In this document: piece after piece, positions 44,750 through 60,271 of the stretch
How the letters are laid out: each line of letters begins with the position of its first letter
Position numbering within the stretch: the first letter of the stretch is position 1
Assembly: GCF_009914755.1 (NCBI RefSeq)
Contig: NC_060936.1
DNA from: the human T2T-CHM13v2.0 reference genome, Homo sapiens
Reading direction: 5' to 3' (one strand)
Length of the DNA stretch: 64,000 nucleotides
Program-made: the position numbers and the translations under genes
The notes under the pieces: generated by a model
Told to the model about the DNA's origin: nothing
Seen by the model: only the letters and a program-made list of their open reading frames with translations
Databases searched by the model: none

Positions 44750-45370
44750 GAAAAATTTAGGGAGACCAATTAGAAGACAATTAAAGTAATACAATAGAAA
44801 TGTTTGTAACTTAGAAAACATTATTAGCAGTGAGAATGCAGTTATGTGGATGGATTTGCGAGACAGTTATAAGGTACAGTCATCGGTACTAGCTGATGAA
44901 GTGGGTGTGAGGGGGAGGCAGAGAGGGCAGTCAAGGACAATCAACAGCCTTCTAGCTTGAATTGGGTGAAAGGTGGTGTCATTTACAGAGAAGAGTAGAG
45001 GTTTTGTACATATTAAGTCTGAGATGACTGTGAGCTATCCAAATGTCAAACAGATGGTTGAATATGAAAATCTTGAAATCAGAAGCAGTGTGAGAGCTCT
45101 AGAAATACAGCATTTAGATTATAAATTACAAGTGAAGTCATGGAAGTCCATGGAATTTCCTAGATGAAAGGATATTGAATTGGGAACCTAGAAAAGAATC
45201 CTGATAATTTCTAATATTTAATGACCTAGTTGAGAAAAAATAACCAATAATGAGACCAAGGAATAGGTAACAGAGATACTGGAGCAAAATCTAGAGAGAT
45301 GGTATCATGAAAGCCAAGGGCAGAAAATATTTCTAGTAAAAGAAAGTTACCAGCTGTATCACATTCCACT
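44750..45370 (-). mobile_element. L2 remnant
   Basis: ggagaccaattagaagac...taagtctgagatgactgtgagctatcca...aagccaaggg. Confidence 0.7.
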
Positions 45371-45819
45371 AAATCAGCTAAATCATAAAAAACATTTTCA
45401 AAATTTATACCATTTTTATATTACACTATTGTGAATTGCAAACTACAGAAAACTAAAAAGAAAGAAAATAAAAAACACTCATAATCCTATAACTCTGAGA
45501 TAACTCCAAATAACTTGATATTTAGCCTACTGGTAGTTTTTTGATATACACATCACAGATACTTTAAATACCACAACCATAGCAATTTTTAATAAAAATA
45601 ATGTTACTATAGTTATATTTGGCATAAAATTAAATCGGTCTTTGAAAGCCTCTTATAATTTGTTTTAGGCACAGGAGATATCAGGACAAATTTCAATAAG
45701 GTGCAGTTTGATAAGGTATGAGTAAAAAAATAAAATAATTAAAGAGGTATTAATGAAATAATGGAAAAACAAGTAATTAACTAAGGAAAAGTGCCATAAA
45801 GGGTGAAGTACTCTTCTAA

Positions 45820-46020
45820 GATCATAAGAATTGATTCCATTTGTCTTTGTGACCATCCTATGAAAGCAGCACAATTGTTTTCCTAAATTCATAGATAAGA
45901 AAACTGAGTCATAGATGATTAATAACTTATATGAGGTCACACAGCTAATATGTGATATAGCCAGGATTCAACCAAGACAATCTGATAGCAGAGCCGGTGC
46001 TCCTCATCACCATGTGATGC
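45820..46020 (-). mobile_element. MIR remnant
   Basis: agataagaaaactgagtc...aggtcacacagcta...ccaggattcaacc. Confidence 0.75.
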
Positions 46021-48059
46021 TGCTTCCTAGGACTTTATTTAGCAGAAGGTTTGCACAAACGTAGGGAGATAAAAGTCCACGATCTACTAAAGGAAGAGCC
46101 AGATGTTTTCTGTAGCAGTACAGAGTGTCAATGTAAGATAGTGGAGGAGATTAGACTGGGAGAATAGGTTGCAAATAGATTATAAAAGCATTTATGCCAT
46201 ATTAAGGAATTTGGATCTTACCCTTGAGGCAATAGGGAGCCACTGAATTATTTTAAGGAGGAGGAAGACATAAATTCTGTGTGGATTTCCAATGCAAAAT
46301 ATTGGCATCACCAATTTCAGTTCTAACGTGTCAGAAATCACTTGTTAACTTTCTCTTCACAGCATTATACTTTAGCTTGTTTTTAGAAGCATAGAGGTAT
46401 TAATAATAAAATTAACAGTAATAACAGCTTAGATGGAACAAGAAGTCTGTGCCTTACTCCAAGGGGCAGTTGGGAGAATGTTAGGACATGTACTGGGTAC
46501 CTTTGTTTAGATGTAAATGTCTTCAGAGCGCTTATGACCAATTGGAAGGGCCGTCTTCCTGTTTCTTGTGTTCCCCAGGTAGCAACTGAAGAAGGTGCAG
46601 GCCAATGAGACATTATCTTTAAATGTTAAGAGGATACAACTGAGTAAGTGGAGGAGCACAAATTTACTACTGGAAATAATAGCTCTGAGTACGGTATATA
46701 CTTTCTAGTATTTTGCTACAAAGTCATTCCTTATACTGCTTTATGACTACAACTGATATAATGTTTTCTTTAACTTCATTTTCACATCTTGTAGAATATA
46801 CACGATTTTACTAGAAAATACAGAATTTCAAATTAAGGATGTACTTAAGATATCAGTTTCCAGATCCACAAAATATTTTTAATGCACTTGGGAATCTGTC
46901 TTTCAGGTTTTCAAGGTGTTAGATATCATACAGAGCAAATGTTTTGGAGATGTGAATATAGTCTTACCTTTTTAAATTGATATTAAAGGTATCTATATTC
47001 TAATTGATAGAAAAGGTTTTCCACAGGAAAACCTTTTCCTAGAATTATTAAATGGTGAAAAACTAGGCCGAAGTTGTAGGCCTTGATTTTTTTTCCTCAT
47101 TTTAAATGGGAGTGCCAGAGAAAACCAAAGTGACTAAAAGATATGAAAAACAGGTATAAAGTATAGAGCTGAATCATTTTCAGAGCACTGGTAATAGGAT
47201 TTGTTCATGCTCTATTTTAGCAGATGAACATGGAAGGGACAGACGATGTTTTCTTATTTGGGAAATTAGACCATTTCCTTTCTTAGTTAACTGTAAACAA
47301 CCCGTCAGATTTTATGAGCTTCCTTTTATGCTGCAGCTGAAATTTGTAGAGCTATGGATTCTGTTATTCTGCTTCCTAGAGACCGAAGGTAATTAGTCAT
47401 GGTTTGCCAAAATCCAGTCTCACAAACAGAATATTAAATTAAGGTGAATAAATATGCCCCTACATTTAGGAAATTTAAGCAGCAGAACAAATAAAAAGGG
47501 AAAGGAGTTTTGCTCTATTGGGTAGATTAAAAGCTAGCATTGAGCCTTGAATTCTAAGGCTGAGCTCTGCCACTCCCTTGTTGTTTATGAGAAACTCTGT
47601 TTAAGCTGGAAAAGTCCTAGGCAAAAATCTCACTTTATCGCTTTATGTAGCCACTCCCTTCCATCTTTGTTCAACGCACTATCCCCTCACACTCCCAATC
47701 CCCCATCATCAGTTGCCTCTTCTTTTAATCTGATTCATATCAAGGTAAAAATGACTTGATATTGGTGGGTGATGTGTGGAATAAGCAAAGCTAATCCCCA
47801 AGGAATAAGTTGCTAGTAATGAACAATAGGCAATATAACACTTCAATCAGCACACTGTTTTGAAGCTTAAGAGTCTACGTAGTTTTCCCAGGTCTCACTG
47901 AATGCTAATTAGGCAGCATGATTTTGCTCCTCCTGGACTTGAGTCCTGGATTCTCTATATACATACACTTGGACATAGCTATAAAAAACCTTGGATGTAA
48001 TACTTCATCTCTCTGGTTTTAGTTTCCTCATCTCTACAGCTGAAATGACAGTAATAATA

Positions 48060-48220
48060 CCAGCCTCATTACCTCGCAACCACCCCATAATACCTCTTGA
48101 GTAGCTGGAACTACAGTTGCATGCCACCATGCCTGGCTAATTTTTTAATTTTTAGTGGAGGCAGTGTCTCCCTATGTTGTGAGGGCTGGTCTCGAACTCC
48201 TGAGCTCAAGTAATCCTCCC
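48060..48220 (-). mobile_element. Partial AluJ within a MIR (~47920-48330)
   Basis: gagtagctggaactacag...ctcgaactcctgagctcaagtaatcctccc. Confidence 0.8.
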
Positions 48221-48437
48221 TGATTGAGAGGATTGTCCCAGGGTGGGAGGGAAGGTATTATAGGGTTGTCAGGAGGAATAAAAGAGGTACAATTGTCTTA
48301 GCCACAGCAAGCACTCAAGAATTATTAGGTGTTATTTATTTATTTATAAATTTTCTCAGGGTTCTAAAGGAAAAAGATAAATGCTTGGCATCAATTTTGT
48401 TAACAAGTCCCCAAAATCACTATTATTATTAAGAATA

Positions 48438-48600
48438 GGCTGGCATGGTGGCACACTCCTGTGATCCCAACTACTTAGGAAGCTGAAGTGGAAGGATCAC
48501 TTGAGCCCAGGAGTTCGAGGGTCCAGTGAATGGTGACTGTGCCGCTGCACTACAGCCTGTGTGACAGAGCAAGACCCTCAAAAAAAAAAAAGAAAAATAA
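48438..48600 (+). mobile_element. Alu monomer (FRAM/AluJ arm)
   Basis: Single right-arm-like unit with poly(A). Confidence 0.85.
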
Positions 48601-48676
48601 TATATATCAAACTTGTCATTTATGATTTGTGGGTTAAAATATTTGCAATTTCCTCTGCCAAACTTAGTTTTTGTAG

Positions 48677-49120
<444 letters not shown>

Positions 49121-50035
49121 TAAAACCTAACCAGTTTATTAAATATCCCCGAATCTTAACTTAGTCCTCCATGAACTGGAGGTGGCAACTGCCCACTTTG
49201 TTGAGTCACAGTGGCATATGGAGGACACTAGTTATCCAGATTAATCAAATAGCATATTAAAGAAAGAGGAAGAAGAAGGCTTGTGGAGGTATATAAATTC
49301 AGCCATGGTAAGATGTCTCCATTTCTACTTTCCACCAAATATAAGTTTCTACTGAGTAATCCATTAATTGTCTTAGTCCATTCAGGATGCTATAACAAAA
49401 TACCATAAACTGGGTGATTTATAAACCACAGTTCTAAAAACTGGGAAAGTCCAGGGTGAAGGTACCAGCAGATCTGGTGCCTGGGGAGTACCTGCTTCCT
49501 AGACTGCTGTCTTTTCACTACAAGCTAGCATGATGGAAGGGAGGAGGGCACTCTCTGGAGTCTCTTTTATAAGGGCATGAGAAAAAGAAAAGTAGAGAAA
49601 ACAGCTCAGAGCAACCTGGGCTATGCGAGATATGCAGGGTGCAGATTCACATGAGTATGGGACTTCAGACTTCAGTCAACTTGCCCCTGCCCCCGCCATG
49701 GCCCCATTATCTTCATGTTGCTAGAATTTATAATACAGTGAACAATGTATAGTCAATCAATAGCTTATGTTATTTTAATATAAATTTTTGGTAAATACCA
49801 CAGGAACTGCCTCTTTTTTTCCTTCAAAAATTTACTTATAACCACTGCTAATCAGAGCTTATATTCAGGGCAATAGAATCTATGCTTCTGAATTGTTAAT
49901 TCTCAAGCTTAGCCCAAGTAAACTCTCTACTTACGTTAATTTTTGACTCAGCATCTTCCTTTTAGGTTGACATATCTGATGTAGCTGATAGGACTCAGAG
50001 TGACTCCCTCTGACCACCTGGTACTTCTCTCTGTC

Positions 50036-50333
50036 TTTTTTTTTTTTTTTCAGACAGAGTTTCACTCTTGTCACCCAGGCTGGAGTGCAGTGGCACTGAT
50101 CTTCAGCTCACTGCAACCCCCGCTTCCCAGGTTCAAGCAAGTCTCCTGCCTCAGCCTCCTGAGTAGCTGGGATTACAGGCATGTGCCACCACACCTGGCT
50201 AATTATATATTTTTAGTAGAGACAGGGTTTCACATGCTGGCCAGGTTGGTCTCTAACTCCTTACCTCAGGTGATCTGCCCGCCTTGGCCTCCCAAAGTGC
50301 TGGGATTACAGGTGTGAGCCACCGCACCTGGCC
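50036..50333 (-). mobile_element. AluS nested in the provirus leader
   Basis: TSD ctggtacttctct. Confidence 0.93.
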
Positions 50334-51275
50334 TGGTACTTCTCTTGAAAGTGGCACTTGGAACAGCACAAACTCTTCATCCGTAGAAATTTCACTGGGT
50401 ATTTCAGGTGAGTTCTCCTGAATTCAGACCTCCAAATCTTTGACTGGAGATCTAGACTGTATTTGAGCTGCTTTCAAACCCTCTCTTTTTTTAAAAAAGT
50501 GAGAATTTTGGTCTCTTCTTTAGACAGGATTTCAGGTAAAGAGCTCTGCAGAGAACCACCTTTTATTCTGCCTCTGTCTCACAGCAGACGTTTAGGTCAA
50601 AGGTTTGGCAAGTAGGCACCGGTGGTTTCATTTTACATAGCAAGCTTTTAAGATTGCAGCTGTTTTCTATTGCTTGAAACTTTGGATTTAGCTTTTCATT
50701 TGTGACCAACTCCTCTTAGTTTCTAACTGAAAAGTGTGCCCCCATTTGCTCTTCTGCATGAGTATAATATGAGATACCTTGAGCACTCTGCTACCATCTC
50801 GCAGTTAGAGGCAGTCCAAGATACATCACACCTCAACCCTAAATACGTTCCTGGCCTCAATCGCTTTTGAAAAGCTTCCGAATTATGGAAAATCAAACTT
50901 CAAAATCTAAACACTTTAAAAAAAATCAGATGAATTCATGTATAACATTATGGGACATCCTTTTGTAAATATCTAGGAAAATGAAGCCACCTAACCCTGA
51001 ATAGTCATTAGAATCAGTATTCAAAATATAGATTCTTTGAAATGTCTGAAATACTTTATTTGCACACACATTTAGAAAAACTGGTTTTAGAACCAAACTG
51101 AATGAGAGACCTAGTTTATATTTGTCCTGCCTAAAATCTGATAAGAGAAAGCTAATTTTCGGCTCTACTTCTAATCTCTTTCTGCTTTTCCTCTTTTGGA
51201 TCCTGTTTCTGGGAATTTTTTCTTTTGACTAAAACCCCCTTTTAAATGTTTTTTGCCCCTCTGTTTGCTTACTAT

Positions 51276-51958
51276 TGAAACCGCCTTTGCAAAATTATGA
51301 CTGAGACAGTGAAAGACATCTAACTTAACCGACTTCATCTTGCTTCTAACCTCCAAGCTGTCCTGGTTCATTCCTGGGCATAGGCTGAACTAACTTTGGG
51401 AGAAATTTAGTTTATAGTTTGAACAAAGACAGTAACATCCCTTTCCCAAAGCAGACCTCCTTCTTGTCTCAGGACTAGATTGCCTCTGTAGGACTAACAT
51501 TAGCCACAAGATTAGAAATTATGGTTTAGGAGCCCTGCAGCTGGAGGCTATGTGATTCTGACCATCCCTAAACTGCTACTAAGATCAGTGCTTGAGATAT
51601 TTTGCAGACTCTGCACTTGATGGATCAGCTGGCACCACCCAAATCAATAAACTGCCTCATCTGATCTTGTGGCCCCCACCCAGGAACTAACTCAGCACAA
51701 GAAGACAGCTTTGACTCCCTGTGATTTCATCCCTGGCTAATCAGCACTCCTGGCTCACTGACTTCCCCAACCCACCAAGTTATCCTTAAAAACTCTGCTC
51801 CCAGAATGCTCAGGGAGACTGATTTGAGTAATAATAAAACTCTGGTCTCCCACACAGTTGGCTCTGCTTGAATTATTCTTTCCCTATTGCAGTTCCTCTG
51901 TCTGGATGAATCGTTTCTCTCTCGGCAATGGGCAAGGTGAACCCCTTGGGCGGTTACA
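51276..51958 (+). mobile_element. LTR8-type solo LTR nested in the provirus
   Basis: tgaaaccgcctttgcaaaattatgactgagacag...gggcggttaca; 4 bp TSD CTAT. Confidence 0.9.
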
Positions 51959-52007
51959 CTATCTTGTTGGCATGATTTTTGCTGAAGAATGTTAAACTAA
52001 ATTGATG

Positions 52008-52311
<304 letters not shown>

Positions 52312-52999
52312 TGTATTGATGCTTTAGAAAGCTTCAAATCTCCCAAAATTAGTTTCTCTAAGATTTGTTCTTCTATTTCCTTCCACTTCTGCTCCTCCTT
52401 CCTTTTGCCATAATGATACCACATGAAGAAATTTAGAGGAGACAACTAATGACTTTGAGATCCCTTGAAAAATATAGAAAAAAGCACCACTCACCCTGCC
52501 TACTTTGTGGGGTTTTCTGTTTTCCTTGTAAAGTCTGAAGAGTTCTGGGCAGTTTCTTCTGTTTTGAAAAAACTCTGCTCTATTTTGCACTATATTACCT
52601 GATCTCCTTGGTTTTGGGTGGTAGCAGGGATTACTTTGTATTGTGAGTGATAACTTGACTTTTTTGTGTGCAATGGCTGACAAGTTACCTGTGAAAGTTG
52701 CACTTTTTAAAATGGCTGACAGCAGTTGCAATGAATGGATGTAACTGCAGGGGGGCTACCTACATCTTTGTGCACTTAGATAAGAAAGACACTGCTTAAA
52801 CATTTAGAGAAATGTCTTCCTCTACTCATTAAAGCACTCCACTCTGATGTCAGTCATCTAATAAAGAAACAAACTAAGTTGAAAAGATCACCTATCCAAC
52901 TAGATCAGTCTCCAAAACATGACTTTCAGGTATTTAGCTGATTATTTTGAAACTTTTTGTAAAGAAATTCACATCTGTAAAGGAAATCTCCATTTGTAA

Positions 53000-53180
<181 letters not shown>

Positions 53181-53869
53181 CCGTTAGAAACTTACAATGG
53201 GAAAGGCATTGGCTTTAAATTTACATACCAAACCTTACCTCAGTTTAAGCTACTTTTCCTCACAATCTTGTCTTGGCTGGTTATTTCTGTTTCCACAAAC
53301 AATGGTGTTTAGATCTAAGTTCTATGCCTTTGGAATGCTAATTTTCACCTGAGTCACATCTTTGAAAATGAAAATTTAGGGTTGCCTAGCTAACAATTTT
53401 TTAGAGTAATGGCACAGGTAAACAATAAATTGATAATCTAAAGAAGGAAAGAAAATTATTTGAAAATTGACAAATGAAGAATCTTATATAGCTACAAGAT
53501 TTGCTTCTGTCTGTGTTCCTATGTCTGTATGTTTATATTGGTCATGTATGTAATATTTCACTACCAAAATATATGAAAGAACTCTAATTAATCGGCTTTA
53601 AGAAAAAGTGCTTGAATCAAGTATTTTATCAGAAAAATAGGAACTGATTCAAATGTCTTTTAGTTCACATGACTGGTAAGTATTTGGTAAATAAAACTAG
53701 TTTGTTGGTTTAAGGAAAGCAGCCATCTCTTCTACCAGCAAAAATACCCATGTATTTTAACTTGAGGGTTTTACAGGCTGTAGAAACGATGAACAAATAA
53801 ATAACTTGAGTTGATAGCTAGCTTTTTAAAATAAGCTACTCAAGCATAATTATTAAGAATGAATAAATT

Positions 53870-54197
<328 letters not shown>

Positions 54198-54306
54198 TTA
54201 TGTTAATGTAAATGGGATAAAAGCTTAACATTAACTATTCACACTTTCAAAAATCTTTTTACATAACTTAAAGTTATGTTAAATTAAGTTTAAAAAGCCA
54301 TAAAAT

Positions 54307-54608
54307 GGCTGAGTGTGGTGGCTCACACCTATAATCCCAGCACTTTCAGAGGCTGAGGTGGGTGGATCATCTGAGGTCAGAAGTTTGTGACCAGCCTGGC
54401 CAACATGGTGAAACCCTAACTCTACTAAAAATACAAAAATTAGCTGGGGTTTGGTGGCACGTGCTTGTGATTCTAGCTACTCAGGAAGGCTGAGGCAGGA
54501 GAATCGCATGAACCCAAGAGGCAGCAGTTGCGGTGAGCTGAGATCACACCACTGCACTCCAGCCTGGGCAACAGAGCTAGACTCTGTCTCAAAAAAAAAA
54601 AAAAAAAG
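54307..54608 (+). mobile_element. AluS
   Basis: Full dimer; near-TSD aaaag(c/t)cat(a/g)aaatg. Confidence 0.95.
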
Positions 54609-55113
54609 TCATGAAATGCCTGAGTCTATTTCTATGGTATAGAAAATCTAAATATATTTAGATATTTTAATAAACAAAAATTGTGAAAATGTCTTTCTAG
54701 AAATTATGAAATGATTTCATCTACAAATACTGATATAAAACAGTTCAAAATTACCTACTTTTGGGTTTTCCCTGGAAGATAGGATTACTAAGAGTTAAAA
54801 TCGTAGTTAACATGTGTAATTAAAATTAAGTATAACAAACAATTTTATATAGAGAGTGTATAAAGAAAGTAATATGTAAAGAAAGCTGAAGAGGAATTTT
54901 TTTTTCCTTTTATGTGAGAGATAACTGTGTGTTTGAAATTATAAGAGGAAAAGGGAAGTAAATTTTATTTCTAAGATAGAATGCCAAAATAAAAAAGGAA
55001 GTATAGGACAAAACTGAAGGTTTAAACAATTTGTAGAAAGTTTGTGAAAGACTAATCTCGTGAAAGATTCAGTATGTGATCCAATAGGCTAAAATTAAAA
55101 GGGAATACTTAGA

Positions 55114-55426
55114 TTTTTTCTTTTTTTTTTTTTTTTTTTTTTTGAGATGGAGTCTGGCCCTGTCACCCAGGCTGAAGTGCAGTGGCACAATCTCGGCTCA
55201 CTTCAATCTCAGCCTCCCGAGTTCAAGAGATTCTCCTGCCTCACCCTCCTGAGTAGCTGGGACTACAGGTGCCCACAACCATGTCTGGTTAATTTTTTTT
55301 GTAGTTTTAGTAGAGATGGGGTTTAACCATATTGGCCTGGCTGGTCTTGAACCCCTGACCTTGTGATCTTCCCACCTTGGCCTTCCAAAGTGCTGGAACT
55401 ACAGGCGTGGGCCACCTCAACTGGCT
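55114..55426 (-). mobile_element. AluS
   Basis: Full dimer; TSD agggaatactta. Confidence 0.93.
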
Positions 55427-58199
55427 AGGGAATACTTAATTTTTCTAAATATTTATAATTAATATCAAAATCATGCTGACATAGAGAGTGTGAGAGCCTG
55501 TGTTAGAATAACAGGATTTTCTTAGAGCATTGATCTGCTCTTTAATTGAAAATTGTTAGTTTTGCAAGGTTTGTGAAAATCTTATCTTTTGTGGTCAAAG
55601 CTAGTTGAGATTGGATGAATTTGTTTACAAGTTTATACTAATATGCTGATGCAAAGAGAGAATTTGGTTTTCTCTTTTGTACAGAATTTTCACATAATAG
55701 TCATAAGTGATCATAAAAGACTTTGTTCACCTTTTGAGTAAACTGCAAAATAAAAAATAAAGCAAGAAAGACAGATTCTGTTGGGCTCCTGCTGTCTTTC
55801 TTAGATATTTTGATTGTTTAAAAAGCTGATTCTTCTATCAAAGATAAAAGTTTTTGCTTTTTGAAATCTTTGAACTATCATTTTGGTTAACTGAATTTGA
55901 TTAATTGAACTATTATTTAAAATGATCTATGATCCTATTTTTAATTAAGTGTTTTAAATCTTTAATATTTGACATACTTCCAAAAATAAAATTTTAAATT
56001 CTAAAATTAAGTTTTTTCCAAAAGTACCCCTGGAAGTCCAAAAGGTTTACTAGGCTCTTATTAGGTTCTTACTAGGCTTATGTGGTATATAAAAATCTTA
56101 TTTAAGACATTGTCAAATAAGAAATTGTGTTTAACTTTCTCTGAGCTATATTTATATGGCTATGTTATTAATATGTGTTCTACACTTTTATGATATTCCT
56201 AAAATTTTGATATGTCTATATATGTTATTAGAGATTAGTGTAGTTATTATTAGAAATTGTTATATGTCACATAAAAGACCAAATTTCCTTAATAGTGGTT
56301 TACAATTGGCTATAGTCCAAAATTTGCCTGTTTTTCAAGGAAATTCATGGAAAAAGACGTTGAAATGTACTCTTGAATACAAGTTTCTAAGTTTGGAGAT
56401 CATACAATAAACTGATGCGTTCATGAAGATTGCTAACCCAACATCAAATAGAACAAAAATTAATTACATGAGACTAAACTGATTAGGAGTGACATGATTT
56501 TTATAGCTTTTTATTTGAAATTTTGCTGATTATTTTTATATTTTGTTTTCCAGGGCCAGGAAAACTTTTATTCTTTGAGCTATTTATAGCTTATAACCAT
56601 TGTGTAAAATATATCTTTGTGAGCAAAATTGAAACATTTGCCTCTCTACCTGATTTTTCCAAAACTTGGAAACTATTTGTGAACATTCTGATTTTATGAT
56701 AATGCAGGTATTTGCATAAGCTCAATATGAATCTGTTTTCTGGAACAGGACATAATTTGAGACACTGGTTGTTTTATCAAGGCCTTGACTAAAGTGGCAT
56801 ATTTTCTGGACAGACTGCTTTGAGGAATTGAGGTTGACTTTTATAGACCTGATAAAAAGCCCTGTGTAAAGGCAGGCCTGGTACTTTGTCTTCACAATTC
56901 TCTTTAAAGTTTTCTGAACTTGCAGTAAGTTAGGCCCAGGAAGCTCTGATATTTTGGGGACCTTGAGAAGAGAGGAATTCACCCAATTCATACAGTACAA
57001 GTACAGTTTAATAGTATATCTAGGCTTGGCTTCCTAACCTTGAGGCCTTTAGGAGTTGAATTTGAAATTCCCTATGAAAATTTTAGCAAAGCCAACTTTA
57101 AAAGTGTATATGGCCAATCACTATTCTTATTAAACTTTATGCAAATAGTCAGGCTAAGTATAATACTACTAATTATTTTGCAAGTAAATTGATTCTACTA
57201 AGATTTATTTTTGGTAAAAATGGGAACTGGAGAGAGAATACAATTATGTGCACTTGTTAATAGATTTCAGCCCTAACCATTGTTTTTGAATTTTTATTAT
57301 TTTGCTAAAATTTGGACTGAATCTCCAATGTAGATGTATCTCTCATTGTTTTACTTCTTCTGAGAAAACAAAAAACATGAAATTCCAAGATTAGAGGTGA
57401 TTTAACAAGCAGCAGCAATTATATAAATCGGTGACTTGACTGAGGACTATCAAGGAATGAGCCTTCTCAGTACCAAGGGATGAGAACCTCTATCTCTATA
57501 ATCTAAGCAGAGATTTATTATCAATGCTTCCATGGGAAGATTTTTCATCAATGAAGGGGAAATGAGAAAAGAAAAATAGCTTACAGTAGTTTCAGTTATA
57601 TGAGTTATGGAGGCTGAGGGAGACATGAGTGTGGGACTTCAGTCATGCCCCTCCATTTCCCTCACCCATGCCTGGGGGAAATTATTTAATCTTTTTATTC
57701 CCAGCTAACTGCCTCAGCTGTTATCCTCATATTCCTGGAATTTGTGATACAAAGAACAATATATAGCCAATAAATCAATTATTTTGTTTCATAAATTATT
57801 GATAAACAACTCAGGAACTGCCTCTTCTTTCCCCTTAAAAATCCACTTGTAACCCGTTGCTGATTATCAGAGTGTATATTCATGGCAACTTGAATCAATG
57901 CTCCTGGATTGCAATTCTCAAGCTTGACCCAAATAAACTCTCTACTCATAATAATTTTGCTCCAGCTTCTTCCTTTTAGGTTGACAGGCATTAATCACAT
58001 TCATGAAGCCTGTGCCCTTGTAACTTAATCACTTCCCAACGACCCCATTTCCTAATATCACCACCTTGAGGTCAGGATTTCACATACGAATTTTGGCAGG
58101 ACACAAACATTCAGACAAGAACAGTGTTAATCTGGGCTGAATGAACCCTGCTTTCCTAATGTCTATTGGGAAGATGAATCAGCCAATGTGTAGCATTGA

Positions 58200-58960
58200 C
58201 TATCTCTGCTTGTTTCTCCCTTGGCTTTTATATCATTTCTGGTTTTCCTCCTACTTTAGTGACCATCATATCTCAGGTTGATTTTTATTGTCTTATCTTT
58301 TTTTAACTCTCTCATTTAAAAGTCCAGGTTATTTAGTATTCATTCATTACCCCACTGTTCATTCATATGCAACATTCCACTTGGATAATCTCAGTAGATT
58401 CAACTACCATTTTTAAGTGGGTTACCCCCAAAACACACCTATCTCCAGTTTAGCCTTCTCGGCTCTACTTTGGACTAACCAGCTACCCTTGCTGTAAACC
58501 TCCATGAGATATTCCGCAATCATCTGACACTTAGCCCAGTACTGAACTTAACTCAAATCCCAAGTGAAAAGAGTTTTTTTTACACTCTATCTTGGAAAAT
58601 TACACTACTATCAACCCAGTCACTCAAGACAGAACCTAAAAGCCCTCTTAGTAAAGTGCTTTGTATGTAACCTCCATTATCACCGCTTATGTCTATTCTT
58701 CCTTGATATTTCTCACATGTCTCCAATGTACCACCCTAATTTAATTTAGCCTCTCCTGGCTTCTTGACTGATTGAATATAATAGCCATAAAGTGGTCTCC
58801 CTACATTTGATATTCTCATTCTTAAGCCTTTCCTCTCACTATGACCAGTGATCCCTTGCATGGCAAACTGAACTTGTCTTTCTGCTTAAAACCTGTAATA
58901 GCCTCCCACAGCTTTCAAGATAAAATTTAAAATACATAGGCTAGTATATTGGTATTCACA
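58200..58960 (+). mobile_element. L2 remnant
   Basis: ttcaactaccat...tatctccag...ctgcttaaaacctgtaatagcctccca. Confidence 0.7.
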
Positions 58961-59734
58961 CTCTGGCCTTGACTTTTGTCTATCACTGGACTGTGCCTGC
59001 AGTATCCACATTTATCACCTTGAGGTCACAGGACAGTTTCTGACACAGGCATCAAGATCAGCAATTGGATTCAGGCAATGCAATGAATTCCACTTGAGAC
59101 ACTCTCTATTGCACCAAATTACTTCCAGAGACAAAGGAAGGAAGTAAAACTGGCTTTCCAACATTTGAGCGTAGTTGGCCATGGATGTGGAAAATTCAGT
59201 GACATAATGTGTAAATAATGCTAGTTGGACTCCACAAGCCGGTTTGAGCTAGATGGAGTAGAGAGTACCTAGGCTAATTAGTGGTGTCTTTTTCAGACTT
59301 AAATACTGTGAATGTAGAAATCATATATTAATGGACTTTGTATACTTGATGCTTAATACAAAAACTAGCACACATTAAGAGCTCACCAAATTATCATTTA
59401 GGGAATAAAAGAAAAAGCAATAGGGGAGGACGTAAGAGCATTTATTTGGCACCTCACTCACTTCCTACATTTCCTTCATTATTATGGTATTCGATGTGAT
59501 AGAAGATGAGAGAAAAGGAAAATATTCACCAGAATTTTAAAACATTTACTGAGATAGGATTTACATATGGTAGTGCCTCCTTTTCTGAGGTTTCATCTTC
59601 TTCAGTTTTAGCTACCTGTAGTCAACTTCAGTCCATAAATATTACATAGAAAATTCCAGAAATAAATAATCTCTAAGTTTTAAATTGTTTGTGGTTCTGA
59701 GTAGTGTGATGAAACTTTGCGTTGTCTCCTTCTG

Positions 59735-60030
59735 TCAGGGGATTGGTTCCACGACCCTCTTGCGATACCAAAAGCCAAGGATGTTCAAACTCCTTATATA
59801 AAATGGGATAGTATTTGCATATAACCTATTCACGTCTTCCCATGTACTTTAAATCATCTCTAAATTACTTATAATATCTAATGCTATATAAGTAATTTTT
59901 CTACCTATTGTTTTCTTATTTGTGTTATTTTTCTTGTTATACTGTTATTTTTTTATTTATTTAAAAATATTTTTTAGTTGTAGTTGGTTGAATCCGTGGA
60001 GGCAGAATCCACAGACACAGAGGTTCAATT
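59735..60030. mobile_element. MER2 DNA transposon
   Basis: ggggattggttcca...gtatttgcatataaccta...gttggttgaatccgtgga. Confidence 0.85.
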
Positions 60031-60271
60031 ATAATAGCCTGATGCTACATCACAATGCCTACATCATTCATGTCACTTCATCTCATTATGTAGGCATTTT
60101 ATCATCTCACGTTCTCATAAAAAGAAGGGTGAGTATAGTGCAGTGAGAGAGATCACATTCACATAACTTTTATTACAATATATTGTTATAATTGTAGGTT
60201 TATTATTAGTTATTGTTAACCTCCTAATGCACCTAATTTACAAACTAAACTTTATTACAAATATGAATGTA

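Noticed and set aside
52324-52731. 135 aa ORF inside the provirus
   Set aside because: Antisense to the element, with no recognisable gag, pol or env motifs.
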